Below the pieces are notes generated by a model, which saw only the letters and a list, made by a program, of their open reading frames with translations, did not search any database and was not told the DNA's origin. A program made the translations under genes and the position numbers. A stretch of 64,000 bases of DNA, taken from the sequence record OQ790161.1; one strand, written 5' to 3'. Positions 39,825 to 48,694 of this stretch are shown piece by piece. Numbering within the stretch: position 1 is the stretch's first letter; each line of letters begins with the position of its first letter.

Positions 39825-40277
39825 ATGAACGAAACCATCACCATCCAACACAACGCTTTCGCCGATGCAGCAGCTGTGGCTGCCTTCCGTGAAATCCTGC
39901 TCGAAGTCTTGGCAGATGAAGGCTCCACCCCGACCGTCGTTGTCCAGAAGGTCGGCCCGTTCCAGCTCGACGGCAATCAGTTCCGCGTTGTCTGGATGGG
40001 CGGCTACAGCTTCGCCTCGCCGGACGGCTTCTACACCTTCTCCGAACAGGACCTGCGTGTGGAAGTGGAAAGCATCGAGCTGGACTTCGATGCCTACACC
40101 AAGCTCGTGGCCGGCCGTAGTCGTGCTGTGGTGCGTGGCTACCGCAACGCACTGCGTGGCATCTTCAACATGGCTACCGCACTGAACAACGGTGCACACG
40201 TGCCGTCCACCCCGGTCAACGAGTACGTCCAGCTGACGTTGGAGGCGGCGGTCAACGCCTTCCCCAACAGCAACTGA
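39825..40277 (+). CDS. Hypothetical protein (150 aa)
   Basis: Clean ORF with strong codon bias. Confidence 0.7.
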   Translation: MNETITIQHNAFADAAAVAAFREILLEVLADEGSTPTVVVQKVGPFQLDGNQFRVVWMGGYSFASPDGFYTFSEQDLRVEVESIELDFDAYTKLVAGRSRAVVRGYRNALRGIFNMATALNNGAHVPSTPVNEYVQLTLEAAVNAFPNSN

Positions 40278-40278
40278 C

Positions 40279-40322
40279 GGCATAACCAGAGGGCTCCTTC
40301 GGGAGCCCTCTGGCGTTGTGCT
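40279..40322. repeat. GGCATA-hairpin(cUUCGg)-TGTGC element between convergent genes
   Basis: GGCATA-a-CCAGAGGGCTCC-ttcg-GGAGCCCTCTGG-cgt-TGTGC. Confidence 0.7.
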
Positions 40323-40335
40323 GTTTTCTTTTGGC

Positions 40336-41136
40336 TTAGTTGTTGCCGCCAACCAGCGTGCGGAGCATGCGCTCCTTGGACTTGACATCGTCCATGACCA
40401 TGACCTTGGTCCAGACTTCCTTGATGTAATCCCGGTAGAGCTGGTTGGAATCGGCGTAACCATCCACGATCTCGCGGAAGACACCCAGTTCCATACCGCC
40501 CACCAACTGACCCATGCCCATCTTGACCTTGAGCTTGTTGTAGACGTAAGCCTTGACGGCCAACAGCACCAACTGCACAAAGTGGGGATAAGTCATCGGG
40601 TTCAGGCTGGAGAACTCATCGTCCTGCTCCAGATAGCAGCGCAGGAAAGCGGTCCGGGGCAGGGACATGTAGTCACTGACCAGCACGGTGTTCTCGGCGA
40701 TCAGTCGGATGTAGGCGGTGGAGACGATCGGAATACCCGCTTGGGAATTCATCATGCCTTGGGCCGCTTCCAGAATCTGGGAGTAGCCCTCTACGCCCAT
40801 GTACGAGCTGTTCATCATCGTCGACTGGGAGATGGTCAACGACAAGACCTTGGAGATGCGCCGGTTTTGGGTCAGCGACATCGGGATACGGTAAATGATC
40901 TTGTGGGTATCCACCCAGTCCGGCGTTACCGACGCCAAGGGCAGCTCCACTTGGGTACCGCCAAGCAAACGACAGTCCACCATCACGCGCGGGTCGATGA
41001 CCTTCTCACGGATCATCGTGTCCAGCGAAACCGGCAGGGGAGTTTGGCCGAACTCCCGACGCAAGAAGACTTCCCGGAGAATCTCTTCAGGGATGTCCCA
41101 CTTGACTTCTTCAATGGCCTTTTGGATTGCGCCCAC
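40336..41136 (-). CDS. Conserved phiKZ-like virion structural protein (266 aa)
   Basis: MGAIQKAI..VK..IP.EIL, LAVKAY.YN and G.ELG.F...V..Y.D pattern, recalled from phiKZ-like proteins near PhuZ. Confidence 0.6.
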   Translation of the reverse strand: MGAIQKAIEEVKWDIPEEILREVFLRREFGQTPLPVSLDTMIREKVIDPRVMVDCRLLGGTQVELPLASVTPDWVDTHKIIYRIPMSLTQNRRISKVLSLTISQSTMMNSSYMGVEGYSQILEAAQGMMNSQAGIPIVSTAYIRLIAENTVLVSDYMSLPRTAFLRCYLEQDDEFSSLNPMTYPHFVQLVLLAVKAYVYNKLKVKMGMGQLVGGMELGVFREIVDGYADSNQLYRDYIKEVWTKVMVMDDVKSKERMLRTLVGGNN

Positions 41137-41304
41137 GATAGGCTCCTGTGTAGTTCTTCATAGAGATACCCCACCTACGGACTCTATTCAACAAACTTTC
41201 AAATATAGAATATCTATTAGAGCACCTGTCAAAGAGCTTCTGTATTTTTTCTCTGAGACAGTCTCATGGTTTGATGTATTCCCCTTAACGGCCTGGAGCC
41301 ACTC

Positions 41305-41844
41305 ATGTCCAACTCACCGCTGGGCAACAACACCTCATGGGTGGTCAACTCCGACCGCCAGTACGTCTCGCGTGAACTGGATCAACCCACGCACGATGCA
41401 TTGGCCCTGGCCGCCGTCTTCTTGGACCCCGAACTGGTCTTGCTGGAACGGCAACTCAAGCATCGTGTCATTATCGGTCTGAAGATCGGTAAGCGCACCT
41501 TGCACATCCGTGTGTACAACCGCATGGAAGTGGAGCAACGCCCGGATCGCATGGCCTCCCGGATGGCCCATCGTGACACCTACACCTACGTAGGATTCGA
41601 CGTCGATGGACATTTGGTACCCATCGAAGGGGACCTGCGCGAAGCAGCTCAAGGACACAGCCCGCACTTCTACGGCGACCGGCGGCTGACGCCGGAACGA
41701 ATTGCCGAGTTGGACGTGCTTCAGGAAACCTTCCAAGTCAAGAAGGTCCACTCCCCGTCGTTCGTCTTGTTGCAAGCCATGGCCCTGTCGTTGACGGGAA
41801 AACCCAAACCGCCGCACCACACTCACGAAACTGAACCCGCTTAA
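41305..41844 (+). CDS. Hypothetical protein (179 aa)
   Basis: GGAG RBS; directly upstream of PhuZ. Confidence 0.65.
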   Translation: MSNSPLGNNTSWVVNSDRQYVSRELDQPTHDALALAAVFLDPELVLLERQLKHRVIIGLKIGKRTLHIRVYNRMEVEQRPDRMASRMAHRDTYTYVGFDVDGHLVPIEGDLREAAQGHSPHFYGDRRLTPERIAELDVLQETFQVKKVHSPSFVLLQAMALSLTGKPKPPHHTHETEPA

Positions 41845-41856
41845 TCGAGGCCTCAA

Positions 41857-42852
41857 ATGTCGCAGAATCAGAACGAACTCCCGCCGAAGGGCGTACTCAA
41901 GCTGTACGGTGCAGGTGGCGCGGGCATCAACCTGGCCGGCAGCTGGAAGGGCATGCATGGCACCTCCGACGTGGGGACCGCGCTCTGCCAGCTGGTCTAC
42001 GCCGATACCTCCCGCTCCAACCTGCCCGATGGCATCGATCCGGAAACGGTCTTCATCATCGATGGCGTGGACGGCTCGGGCAAGGTCCGTGCTGAAAACC
42101 ACATCGAGATCTCCCGCTCCGTGCGCAGCCTGCTGCAGAAGCATGCACCGGGTGACCTGAACGTGGTGCTGTTCTCGGCCTCCGGCGGTTCCGGTTCGGT
42201 GTTCGGTCCGCTGATCATGGCTGAACTGCTGGAAGCCAAGCAGCCGGTGGTGGCACTGGTGGTCGGTTCGGAAGAATCGAACATCACCTGCAAGAACACC
42301 ATGAACACGCTCAAGTCGCTGGAAGCGATCGCCAAGAAGAAGGGCGTGCCGGTGGTGATCAACTACCAGCACAACTCGCGCACCGGCAAGCGTTCGGAAG
42401 TGGATGTCCACGTGCGTTGGACGCTGTCGGCCCTGGCCATGCTGGCCAGCCGTCGCAACCGCGAACTGGACACGATGGACCTGGCCAACTTCTTCAACTT
42501 CTCCAAGGTCACCTCGGTCGAGCCGCAGCTCTCGCTGCTGCACGTCTACGACAAGGACGAAGAAGTCGAAGCGGCAACCCTGCCGATCGCCATCGCCTCC
42601 CTGCTCAAGGACGCCGACCAGCCCACCCACTCGGTCATCCCCGAGTACAGCACCGTGGGCTACCCGCGCGAAGCCATCGACAGCTTCGATCGTCTGCACT
42701 ACGTCATCACCGTGGACGGTGTGCAGGTCATCGCCAAGATGATGGGTGATCGCCTGGACGAAGTGACCAAGGTCGCCGCCTCGCGCGTCAAGCACGACTC
42801 GATCGTGTCGGCCAACGACGCCGTCACCGACGACGGTCTGCTGATCCTGTAA
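41857..42852 (+). CDS. phuZ: PhuZ phage tubulin
   Basis: YGAGGAGIN, DTS, GSGK.RAEN, tubulin signature SGGSGSVFGP, acidic-hydrophobic C-terminus DDGLLIL. Confidence 0.93.
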   Translation: MSQNQNELPPKGVLKLYGAGGAGINLAGSWKGMHGTSDVGTALCQLVYADTSRSNLPDGIDPETVFIIDGVDGSGKVRAENHIEISRSVRSLLQKHAPGDLNVVLFSASGGSGSVFGPLIMAELLEAKQPVVALVVGSEESNITCKNTMNTLKSLEAIAKKKGVPVVINYQHNSRTGKRSEVDVHVRWTLSALAMLASRRNRELDTMDLANFFNFSKVTSVEPQLSLLHVYDKDEEVEAATLPIAIASLLKDADQPTHSVIPEYSTVGYPREAIDSFDRLHYVITVDGVQVIAKMMGDRLDEVTKVAASRVKHDSIVSANDAVTDDGLLIL

Positions 42853-42854
42853 TC

Positions 42855-42901
42855 GGCATATCGCCTCTCCCCTACTTCGGTGGGGGAGAGGGTGTTTGTG
42901 C
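42855..42901 (+). repeat. GGCATA-hairpin(cUUCGg)-TGTGC element
   Basis: GGCATA...CTCTCCCCTAC-ttcg-GTGGGGGAGAG...TGTGC. Confidence 0.65.
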
Positions 42902-42922
42902 TTTTCTCTTCGAGGTTGCCCC

Positions 42923-43123
42923 ATGAACGACCTGTTCGTATGCGACACCTGCAATAACATCGATGCGCTGGACTTTGCGTATCCCGATGGCTACATCCCC
43001 GGTACCCCCTACGAGTGCACCCAATGTCAAACTGGTCAATGGCACGGCCTGCTGACCCAACGGGCGTACGACCCGAGCAAGGACGTGGTGGTCAACCGCC
43101 CATCCGGCGTCGGCCTGAGCTGA
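42923..43123 (+). CDS. Small zinc-ribbon protein (66 aa)
   Basis: CDTC ... CTQC; GAGG RBS. Confidence 0.65.
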   Translation: MNDLFVCDTCNNIDALDFAYPDGYIPGTPYECTQCQTGQWHGLLTQRAYDPSKDVVVNRPSGVGLS

Positions 43124-43599
43124 GTCTGGTTGTTAACCTCAATCCCGAATCGTCGATCAACCAGCGTGAACAAACCATCCTCCACACCTTCGGGGTGGAC
43201 GGACATTGGTTCTTCACTTTCATCGTCGATGTCCTCATCAAAGGGATTGTGGATCCGTTGGCACCGCGCTATCTGCGCGATGTCCAACTGAGTTCGGTTG
43301 CGCTGTACATGGAAGACCAACTCCATCAGCGACTACTCAGTTGTGTTGAAGCAGAAGGCTACGACGACGACCGCATGACGTGGTTTGATGCCGTGGCTAC
43401 GGAAGAGATCCCCAGCCTACTCGGTGTTGCCGAAAAGGTCTTGGGGGAAATGCTCGATGTCTTGAGCAACATGGAGGCTCCGGCCTATTGTGTCCATCGG
43501 CGACTGGATAAGTACCTGATGGGTTACTCCACCTTCGGCAATCACGCCGGCTACCTCCACTTCTACTTTAGCGAAAATGCAGATAACCATTCACTATGA
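43120..43599 (+). CDS. Hypothetical protein (start uncertain)
   Basis: Acidic ORF heading a tightly coupled array. Confidence 0.45.
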   Translation: MSLVVNLNPESSINQREQTILHTFGVDGHWFFTFIVDVLIKGIVDPLAPRYLRDVQLSSVALYMEDQLHQRLLSCVEAEGYDDDRMTWFDAVATEEIPSLLGVAEKVLGEMLDVLSNMEAPAYCVHRRLDKYLMGYSTFGNHAGYLHFYFSENADNHSL

Positions 43600-44011
43600 C
43601 GTGGCTGAGATCTACACGCCTGACGACCTTAAGTTGTTATCGCAACTGTCGTTGGACATGAAAGACCTCACCGATCACGTTCTCACCCACTGGGTCATCT
43701 ACCGTCATGGCGACATCACGGAGATGTATGAAACCCTGATCGATGCTGCCTACGAACACATTCACCACAAGTTCGGCGACACCGATGCAGGAATTCACGC
43801 CCATCAGGTACTGGCCAATGGCGCAGACCAGTTGGTGCAGATGACGGACATGCTCGCCCAGTACTTGGCAAGGATGCTCGTGAACATGCCCGATGAGATC
43901 AGTCGGGGCCGGATGAGCGAAGATCACTACCATTTTCTCAGAGTGGATAGGATCAGCCTCACCGGACGCTTTGCCGTCTTGCGAACGGACACCATCGACC
44001 TCTACGGCTGA
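43577..44011 (+). CDS. Hypothetical protein, array member (144 aa)
   Basis: Overlapping start; acidic helical body with a C-terminal beta segment. Confidence 0.65.
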   Translation: MQITIHYDVAEIYTPDDLKLLSQLSLDMKDLTDHVLTHWVIYRHGDITEMYETLIDAAYEHIHHKFGDTDAGIHAHQVLANGADQLVQMTDMLAQYLARMLVNMPDEISRGRMSEDHYHFLRVDRISLTGRFAVLRTDTIDLYG

Positions 44012-44153
44012 CCTCGCGTCAGCCGGTATGTGCCGTCAAACCGCGTAGATCGCTCACAGAGCGCCTTACGTTTAAACCTACATAACTCGGTAATCTAGTG
44101 AGGGAAACGGGCCTGTGGCGCCGCTGAGGCCCTTTCTGATTGAGTGACATTCC

Positions 44154-44543
44154 ATGACCCCCAAAGCAAAAACGTTCTACAGCCAGTTTGTGTTTTCCCT
44201 TGCACCGATCTTGCCGGACCTCGAAGCCGATGTGAGAAGATTGCAGCGGGAGCTGGCGGAACAGGGACACTCATTCTCACATGAGGACCTGATCGCCACG
44301 TGGGTGATGTTTCAGTTGGAGCGCCATCTGCACCTGACGTTGGAGTTCTCCGACCAAAGGTCGATGGCTCAACGATTGGCCTGGGCACTCGATGAACCCT
44401 TCTTCCACAATCACGCCGTCCCCCGCGATCTGCTCATCAGTCAGATCTTGCCGCTGCTAACGCATCGGGAGACCGTACCTTACACCGATCGCATTTGTAG
44501 AGTCAGCACCCGCCTGCCGGATCTGCATGTGCGTTTTCTCTGA
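44154..44543 (+). CDS. Hypothetical protein, array member (129 aa)
   Basis: Ends RICRVSTRLPDLHVRFL. Confidence 0.6.
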   Translation: MTPKAKTFYSQFVFSLAPILPDLEADVRRLQRELAEQGHSFSHEDLIATWVMFQLERHLHLTLEFSDQRSMAQRLAWALDEPFFHNHAVPRDLLISQILPLLTHRETVPYTDRICRVSTRLPDLHVRFL

Positions 44544-44557
44544 GAGCTGAAGTCGAA

Positions 44558-45295
44558 ATGAAAAACATTTCCGTGGGCACCGTGGTAGTACTACCCGCAC
44601 ATGTCATGGTGTTGGAAATCATCGAACGCATGAACGAGTTTGCCCAACTCCCCGGTAACGAGATCTTCGCCGAGGCGTTGGCTTACCGTTACATGCCCGG
44701 TCGAACCCATACTGGCATCAGTCGCCTGCCCGTGGCCGATCTGGTGGTGGCCATGTACCTGGACATGCTGTGCAACTACTGCCAGTGGAACATCTCTGGT
44801 CCAAACGATCAGTACACCGAAGAGCAGTGGCGCAAGATGGTTCCGCGTTGGAAGGACGTCACGCGTGAGCAGGAGATCGCCATGTTCAACGCAGTGGTTC
44901 AGCCGGCGTATGAAGTCATCGGCGATTGGGCAGAGCAGTTCAAGACCACGGCCGATGGTTGGCATGTGTGGGGTGCCCGCCGTGTGGGTCTGGATGTCAT
45001 CATCGAAAAGGGTGAGGACTACCGGATCTTGGATTGGAACCGTCGCATGGAACTGGCCAAGGAATACGTCGACGCCGAGTCCAAGGACGAACCCCTGCCA
45101 CCCGAAGCGTGGGTCCCCGATCACGAAGCCCGTCGCTTCGTCGAGCTGCTGCGTCAGCAGATGCGCGAACCCAGTCCGCTGGGTAAGATGGCCATCGAGA
45201 ACCACGACAAGGAACTGGCCCGCCGCAAGGCGCAGGCCAAGCCCAACCGCAAGCAGCGCGGCCGGCAGTACAGCAACAATAGCGGCACGCTGTGA
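44558..45295 (+). CDS. Hypothetical protein, array member (245 aa)
   Basis: Contains WGARRVGLDVIIEKGED. Confidence 0.7.
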   Translation: MKNISVGTVVVLPAHVMVLEIIERMNEFAQLPGNEIFAEALAYRYMPGRTHTGISRLPVADLVVAMYLDMLCNYCQWNISGPNDQYTEEQWRKMVPRWKDVTREQEIAMFNAVVQPAYEVIGDWAEQFKTTADGWHVWGARRVGLDVIIEKGEDYRILDWNRRMELAKEYVDAESKDEPLPPEAWVPDHEARRFVELLRQQMREPSPLGKMAIENHDKELARRKAQAKPNRKQRGRQYSNNSGTL

Positions 45296-45690
45296 GTAGG
45301 GCCGCCCCGAGCTCACGTGTGGTGTTCATTGGCGGCCGTACATTGACGGAGCTCATCCGTGGAACGCTGGAAAAGCACATCGGTCATGTAGCTGACATTA
45401 TCGATGCGCAGAAGATCGTGGAGTCATTACTGGAAGAGTTCTTCTACGGAGGGAGCTTGCAAGATGACTTCTACGAACAGCTGGCTGCTTATCGAGCCAC
45501 CACCCACGAGATTGAATACGCACGCAAGGAGATCCTCGCTTCGATCTCCCAGCAGGTCCAGAGTGCCATCGGCATTATCTGGCCATCCAACCACTACTCT
45601 TTCGAGTTCATTGCCGGTGGTGATCTGCGGATCACCGAAACCCGTCCGACGCCGGTGTTCAAACCGAGTCGTCTACAACTGGTAGGCTAA
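45292..45690 (+). CDS. Hypothetical protein, array member (132 aa)
   Basis: GTGA overlap; ends YSFEFIAGGDLRI... Confidence 0.6.
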   Translation: MSRAAPSSRVVFIGGRTLTELIRGTLEKHIGHVADIIDAQKIVESLLEEFFYGGSLQDDFYEQLAAYRATTHEIEYARKEILASISQQVQSAIGIIWPSNHYSFEFIAGGDLRITETRPTPVFKPSRLQLVG

Positions 45691-45692
45691 CC

Positions 45693-46148
45693 ATGCTCAT
45701 CGTCATCGCCATCCAAGACATTTGGAAGCGCTTTGGTGAAGATAGCCAGGCATTGCAGAACATCGGGTTGCAGGTCGAGGACGTTGTCAAGCTGGCCTAC
45801 GGGTACGCTTGTCTGACCAATCGACCCTACGCCCATGAAGCGATGATCCCGGTCAGTGCCAACATCTTTACTGCCGTGCGTGACTTACTTGTCGACCGAT
45901 TGCCCTTTGACGACCGGCTGCCGTTCACCCGGCAGTCGGGTTATGGCGTCAATGACCAAGTCGTTCATCGGGTGGTTGACATAGTAGGTGAAATTTCACA
46001 GATGCTGTCCGATGCTGTAATCAGGCAAGTAGGTCACTTCCCCGCCGGGTTGATCTTGCAACGTCTGATGGGTCCAGATCTGGTACTTTACTACAACACT
46101 GAGGATTCACGTGTACCTCATCCTTTCGCCGAAAGTCGAACCAGCTGA
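45693..46148 (+). CDS. Hypothetical protein, array member (151 aa)
   Basis: Contains LQRLMGPDLVLYY. Confidence 0.6.
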   Translation: MLIVIAIQDIWKRFGEDSQALQNIGLQVEDVVKLAYGYACLTNRPYAHEAMIPVSANIFTAVRDLLVDRLPFDDRLPFTRQSGYGVNDQVVHRVVDIVGEISQMLSDAVIRQVGHFPAGLILQRLMGPDLVLYYNTEDSRVPHPFAESRTS

Positions 46149-46506
46149 CCTGCGCAGCGGGGACGATACGCTGGAAGACCTGCCAGTCGACTACACCGAC
46201 CTGTTGCAGTTTACCCTCCAGCACTGGCCATTGCTGGATGGAGGGGTCCTCTCCATGGAAGAACTCAGGGCCGCTGCTGAAGCCCACCTGAGCCAGCCCT
46301 ATTTCCTCACCAAGCTCCATGACTACCACCACATGCAGGAAGTAGTCAATGCGGTGGTGAACGCCGTACAAGTGTTCTACGACAGTCTCAGCGGACAGCT
46401 CACCCCTTTGATTGAACCCTTCGGTCTGGACGTCACGATCCGACTGACCCGCTACATGCACAAAGACCTGGTGATTCGGGTGGAGAAACCTTACTATGGA
46501 CCATAA
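46111..46506 (+). CDS. Hypothetical protein, array member (131 aa)
   Basis: Ends IRLTRYMHKDLVIRVEKP. Confidence 0.65.
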   Translation: MYLILSPKVEPADLRSGDDTLEDLPVDYTDLLQFTLQHWPLLDGGVLSMEELRAAAEAHLSQPYFLTKLHDYHHMQEVVNAVVNAVQVFYDSLSGQLTPLIEPFGLDVTIRLTRYMHKDLVIRVEKPYYGP

Positions 46507-47146
46507 AGGCTACATCAATCTGGTCCTCCCCGGTCATGGATTGATCTTGGACTACGGCCCGACGGATAATCTCCTGCGCACCATGGGTACCTCAGTCAAA
46601 GAGATGATTGAGATGTTCATCGCCGCGTGGGCAGAGTACAAGTCCGTTGACATGCATTACACCTGCAACAACGGCCCCCTCAATCTGGACGAAGACTGGG
46701 GTCCTGGCTTTACGCAGTTGCGCACCCATGCCCATTGGATGGTCATGGACATTGTGTTCGAGAACGCGTTCATGCGTTTTGAGCGCGGTGAGATTGAGAA
46801 GATGAGCAAGCAGGACATGCGCGATGCTGAATCGATCATGCTCTCGCTGTGGGATTCGCTGAGTTCCTACATCTTCGAACTGCTCATCGAAATGGGTGCA
46901 CACGAAGGACAGATCTCCCTCCTGCGCTTTGTGCGCTGGATCGGCGATGACTTCATCATCAGTCTGCCCCGACGCACCACCGCCATCGCTCTCAAGCAAC
47001 AGATCGAGTTCGATAAGCGCCAGAAGGAATTCCAAGCATCGCTGGATGAGTCCCGCCAAGAGGAGAAACAGTTTGTCCAGAATCTACGTGACCGGTCCCC
47101 GCTTTGTTACTACCGCAGTGATCGGGTCAACGACCTGTCTGAATGA
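46496..47146 (+). CDS. Hypothetical protein, array member (216 aa)
   Basis: Contains LRFVRWIGDDFIISL. Confidence 0.65.
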   Translation: MDHKGYINLVLPGHGLILDYGPTDNLLRTMGTSVKEMIEMFIAAWAEYKSVDMHYTCNNGPLNLDEDWGPGFTQLRTHAHWMVMDIVFENAFMRFERGEIEKMSKQDMRDAESIMLSLWDSLSSYIFELLIEMGAHEGQISLLRFVRWIGDDFIISLPRRTTAIALKQQIEFDKRQKEFQASLDESRQEEKQFVQNLRDRSPLCYYRSDRVNDLSE

Positions 47147-47546
47147 CTACCCCGGACTGAAGGCCGAAGAGTTCTTCGGCCGTACGTACTCGCTGACCAT
47201 CGTGGGCAACATCTTGTTTGAGTTGATGATGTCCTCCAATGGCGAGACGTTCTCCGGTCGTGAGTTGGTTCAGCACGTGGAGGCGGAGATCCTGTCCACC
47301 TACAAGGTGGCCACCGTCTACAACCCCAAGACCGACTGCCATGAGCTGGTCACCGAGCCCAATGCGTACTTCCAGTCCGAAGCGGGCGAAGCGCTGCTGA
47401 CGGCCCTGTACCAAGCCATGCTGGATCAGTTCTGGCCTCTGCTGGCCACCAACCTTGTTGCCCGCAGGTCGGCCATGCTCAGGCGCATCAATTACCACCA
47501 GATGGAAATCAGCATGAACCGCTTGGAGTACAGCGATGGCAGCTAA
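47143..47546 (+). CDS. Hypothetical protein, array member; apparent frameshift at C4 47150-47153
   Basis: The ATGA-coupled start reads MTTP; the coding frame continues GLKAEEFF only if one C is added. Confidence 0.5.
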
Positions 47547-47907
47547 GGTTGTCGTACTGCACGGAGGCCCCTCGTTCGAAAGAGCGCGGGGCCTCCTCAA
47601 TGGGATGGTTAATTTTCCGGATCTCGACAGCTTTGGCCAAGTCATGGTCGAGTTGATGATCAATGGCGTTGGCCTGTCCCCTCAGCAACAAGAGCAACAT
47701 CTGGAACGCTACCTTCAGCGGTTTGAGTTGCCCGGTGAAACCGAAGATGATCGCGGCTTTGATCGGCGCGTCATGCTGGAAGCTCTCCACTTCGCCGCCC
47801 GGCAATTCCGGGTCGCCTGGGACACCCAAGTCCCGCCGGATCTGAGGATCGAAGATTACCAGTTCAGCCGTTGGCTGAATATGGATCTGATGTTGCAAAG
47901 ACGCTAG
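47536..47907 (+). CDS. Hypothetical protein, array member (123 aa)
   Basis: Ends YQFSRWLNMDLMLQRR. Confidence 0.6.
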   Translation: MAAKVVVLHGGPSFERARGLLNGMVNFPDLDSFGQVMVELMINGVGLSPQQQEQHLERYLQRFELPGETEDDRGFDRRVMLEALHFAARQFRVAWDTQVPPDLRIEDYQFSRWLNMDLMLQRR

Positions 47908-47940
47908 TCTATGACCCTTCTTTTTTTGTAGGCTTCCGTC

Positions 47941-48351
47941 ATGCTCAATACCAGTTCGATCGTGATCGACAGCACCGTCTCGTTCGATCTCTACCCGGCA
48001 GCGTACTTGCAGTCCAAGGTAACCAATGCCAAGGTCGTGGGTATCGTCAGTGCCCGTATGGCCATGCAGTTGGGTTTCGATGCCCCGGCCATGCACGTCA
48101 CCGTGTACCCCACCCTGCCGCCGGGTACTCCCAACGGCTACGACAAGTACCAGTACATCTACGTCAAGCTGCCCTCCGGTGAACACACCTTCTACGGCGT
48201 GCCGTGGATCAAGGAGTCCACCTTCAAGGAGGAGATGGTTCGCACCGTCGCCTTGTACTTGGAGAACATCTCGCCCGAACAACAGAACCGTGCGATCCAA
48301 GCCCTGTCGGCCATCGGTCTGACCGTGGCCAAGGTCGAAGAGCAGTCCTAA
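47941..48351 (+). CDS. Conserved phiKZ-like hypothetical protein upstream of DNA polymerase (136 aa)
   Basis: VSFDLYP.......NAKV.GI, H..VYPTLP.GTP, GVPWI pattern. Confidence 0.7.
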   Translation: MLNTSSIVIDSTVSFDLYPAAYLQSKVTNAKVVGIVSARMAMQLGFDAPAMHVTVYPTLPPGTPNGYDKYQYIYVKLPSGEHTFYGVPWIKESTFKEEMVRTVALYLENISPEQQNRAIQALSAIGLTVAKVEEQS

Positions 48352-48396
48352 AAGAGCACTCGGTCTTCACGTCCTAGTTTTTTCTTATCAGACTGC

Positions 48397-48627
48397 TACT
48401 ATGTTGTAGACGACACCGGCGGATGGCGTCTAACACCCCTAACGACAGCCCGATGCACTGTTATGGTTCTCGATTTCCCAGACAGTGTTAAGGGATTCAG
48501 CCTGTAGGTAGGGATAGTGACACCAATTGGTGTCACCACGGCCAGCGAGCGCTCGCTTGCTTTGGACTAGCAAGCTTGATGCGCTTCGGAAGTGGAAGAG
48601 GGGCTCCATGAGGAGCCCCTTCTTTTT
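48397..48627 (+). ncRNA. Candidate structured small RNA or regulatory leader
   Basis: No ORF. Begins at TACTATG, contains 20-bp and 14-bp perfect palindromes and a 7-bp hairpin, and ends in an intrinsic terminator (48599-48627). Confidence 0.3.
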
Positions 48628-48694
48628 ATGCCGTCAAGTGGGTGTGGGTTTTTATGCAACCGCCCCAGCATATGCACGGTAGAAGAGAAACCAC

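Noticed and set aside
48352-48694. tRNA or tmRNA in the long intergenic regions (also 22430-22700, 36500-36850)
   Set aside because: No cloverleaf, TTCRA T-loop with correct spacing, or CCA end could be found by eye.
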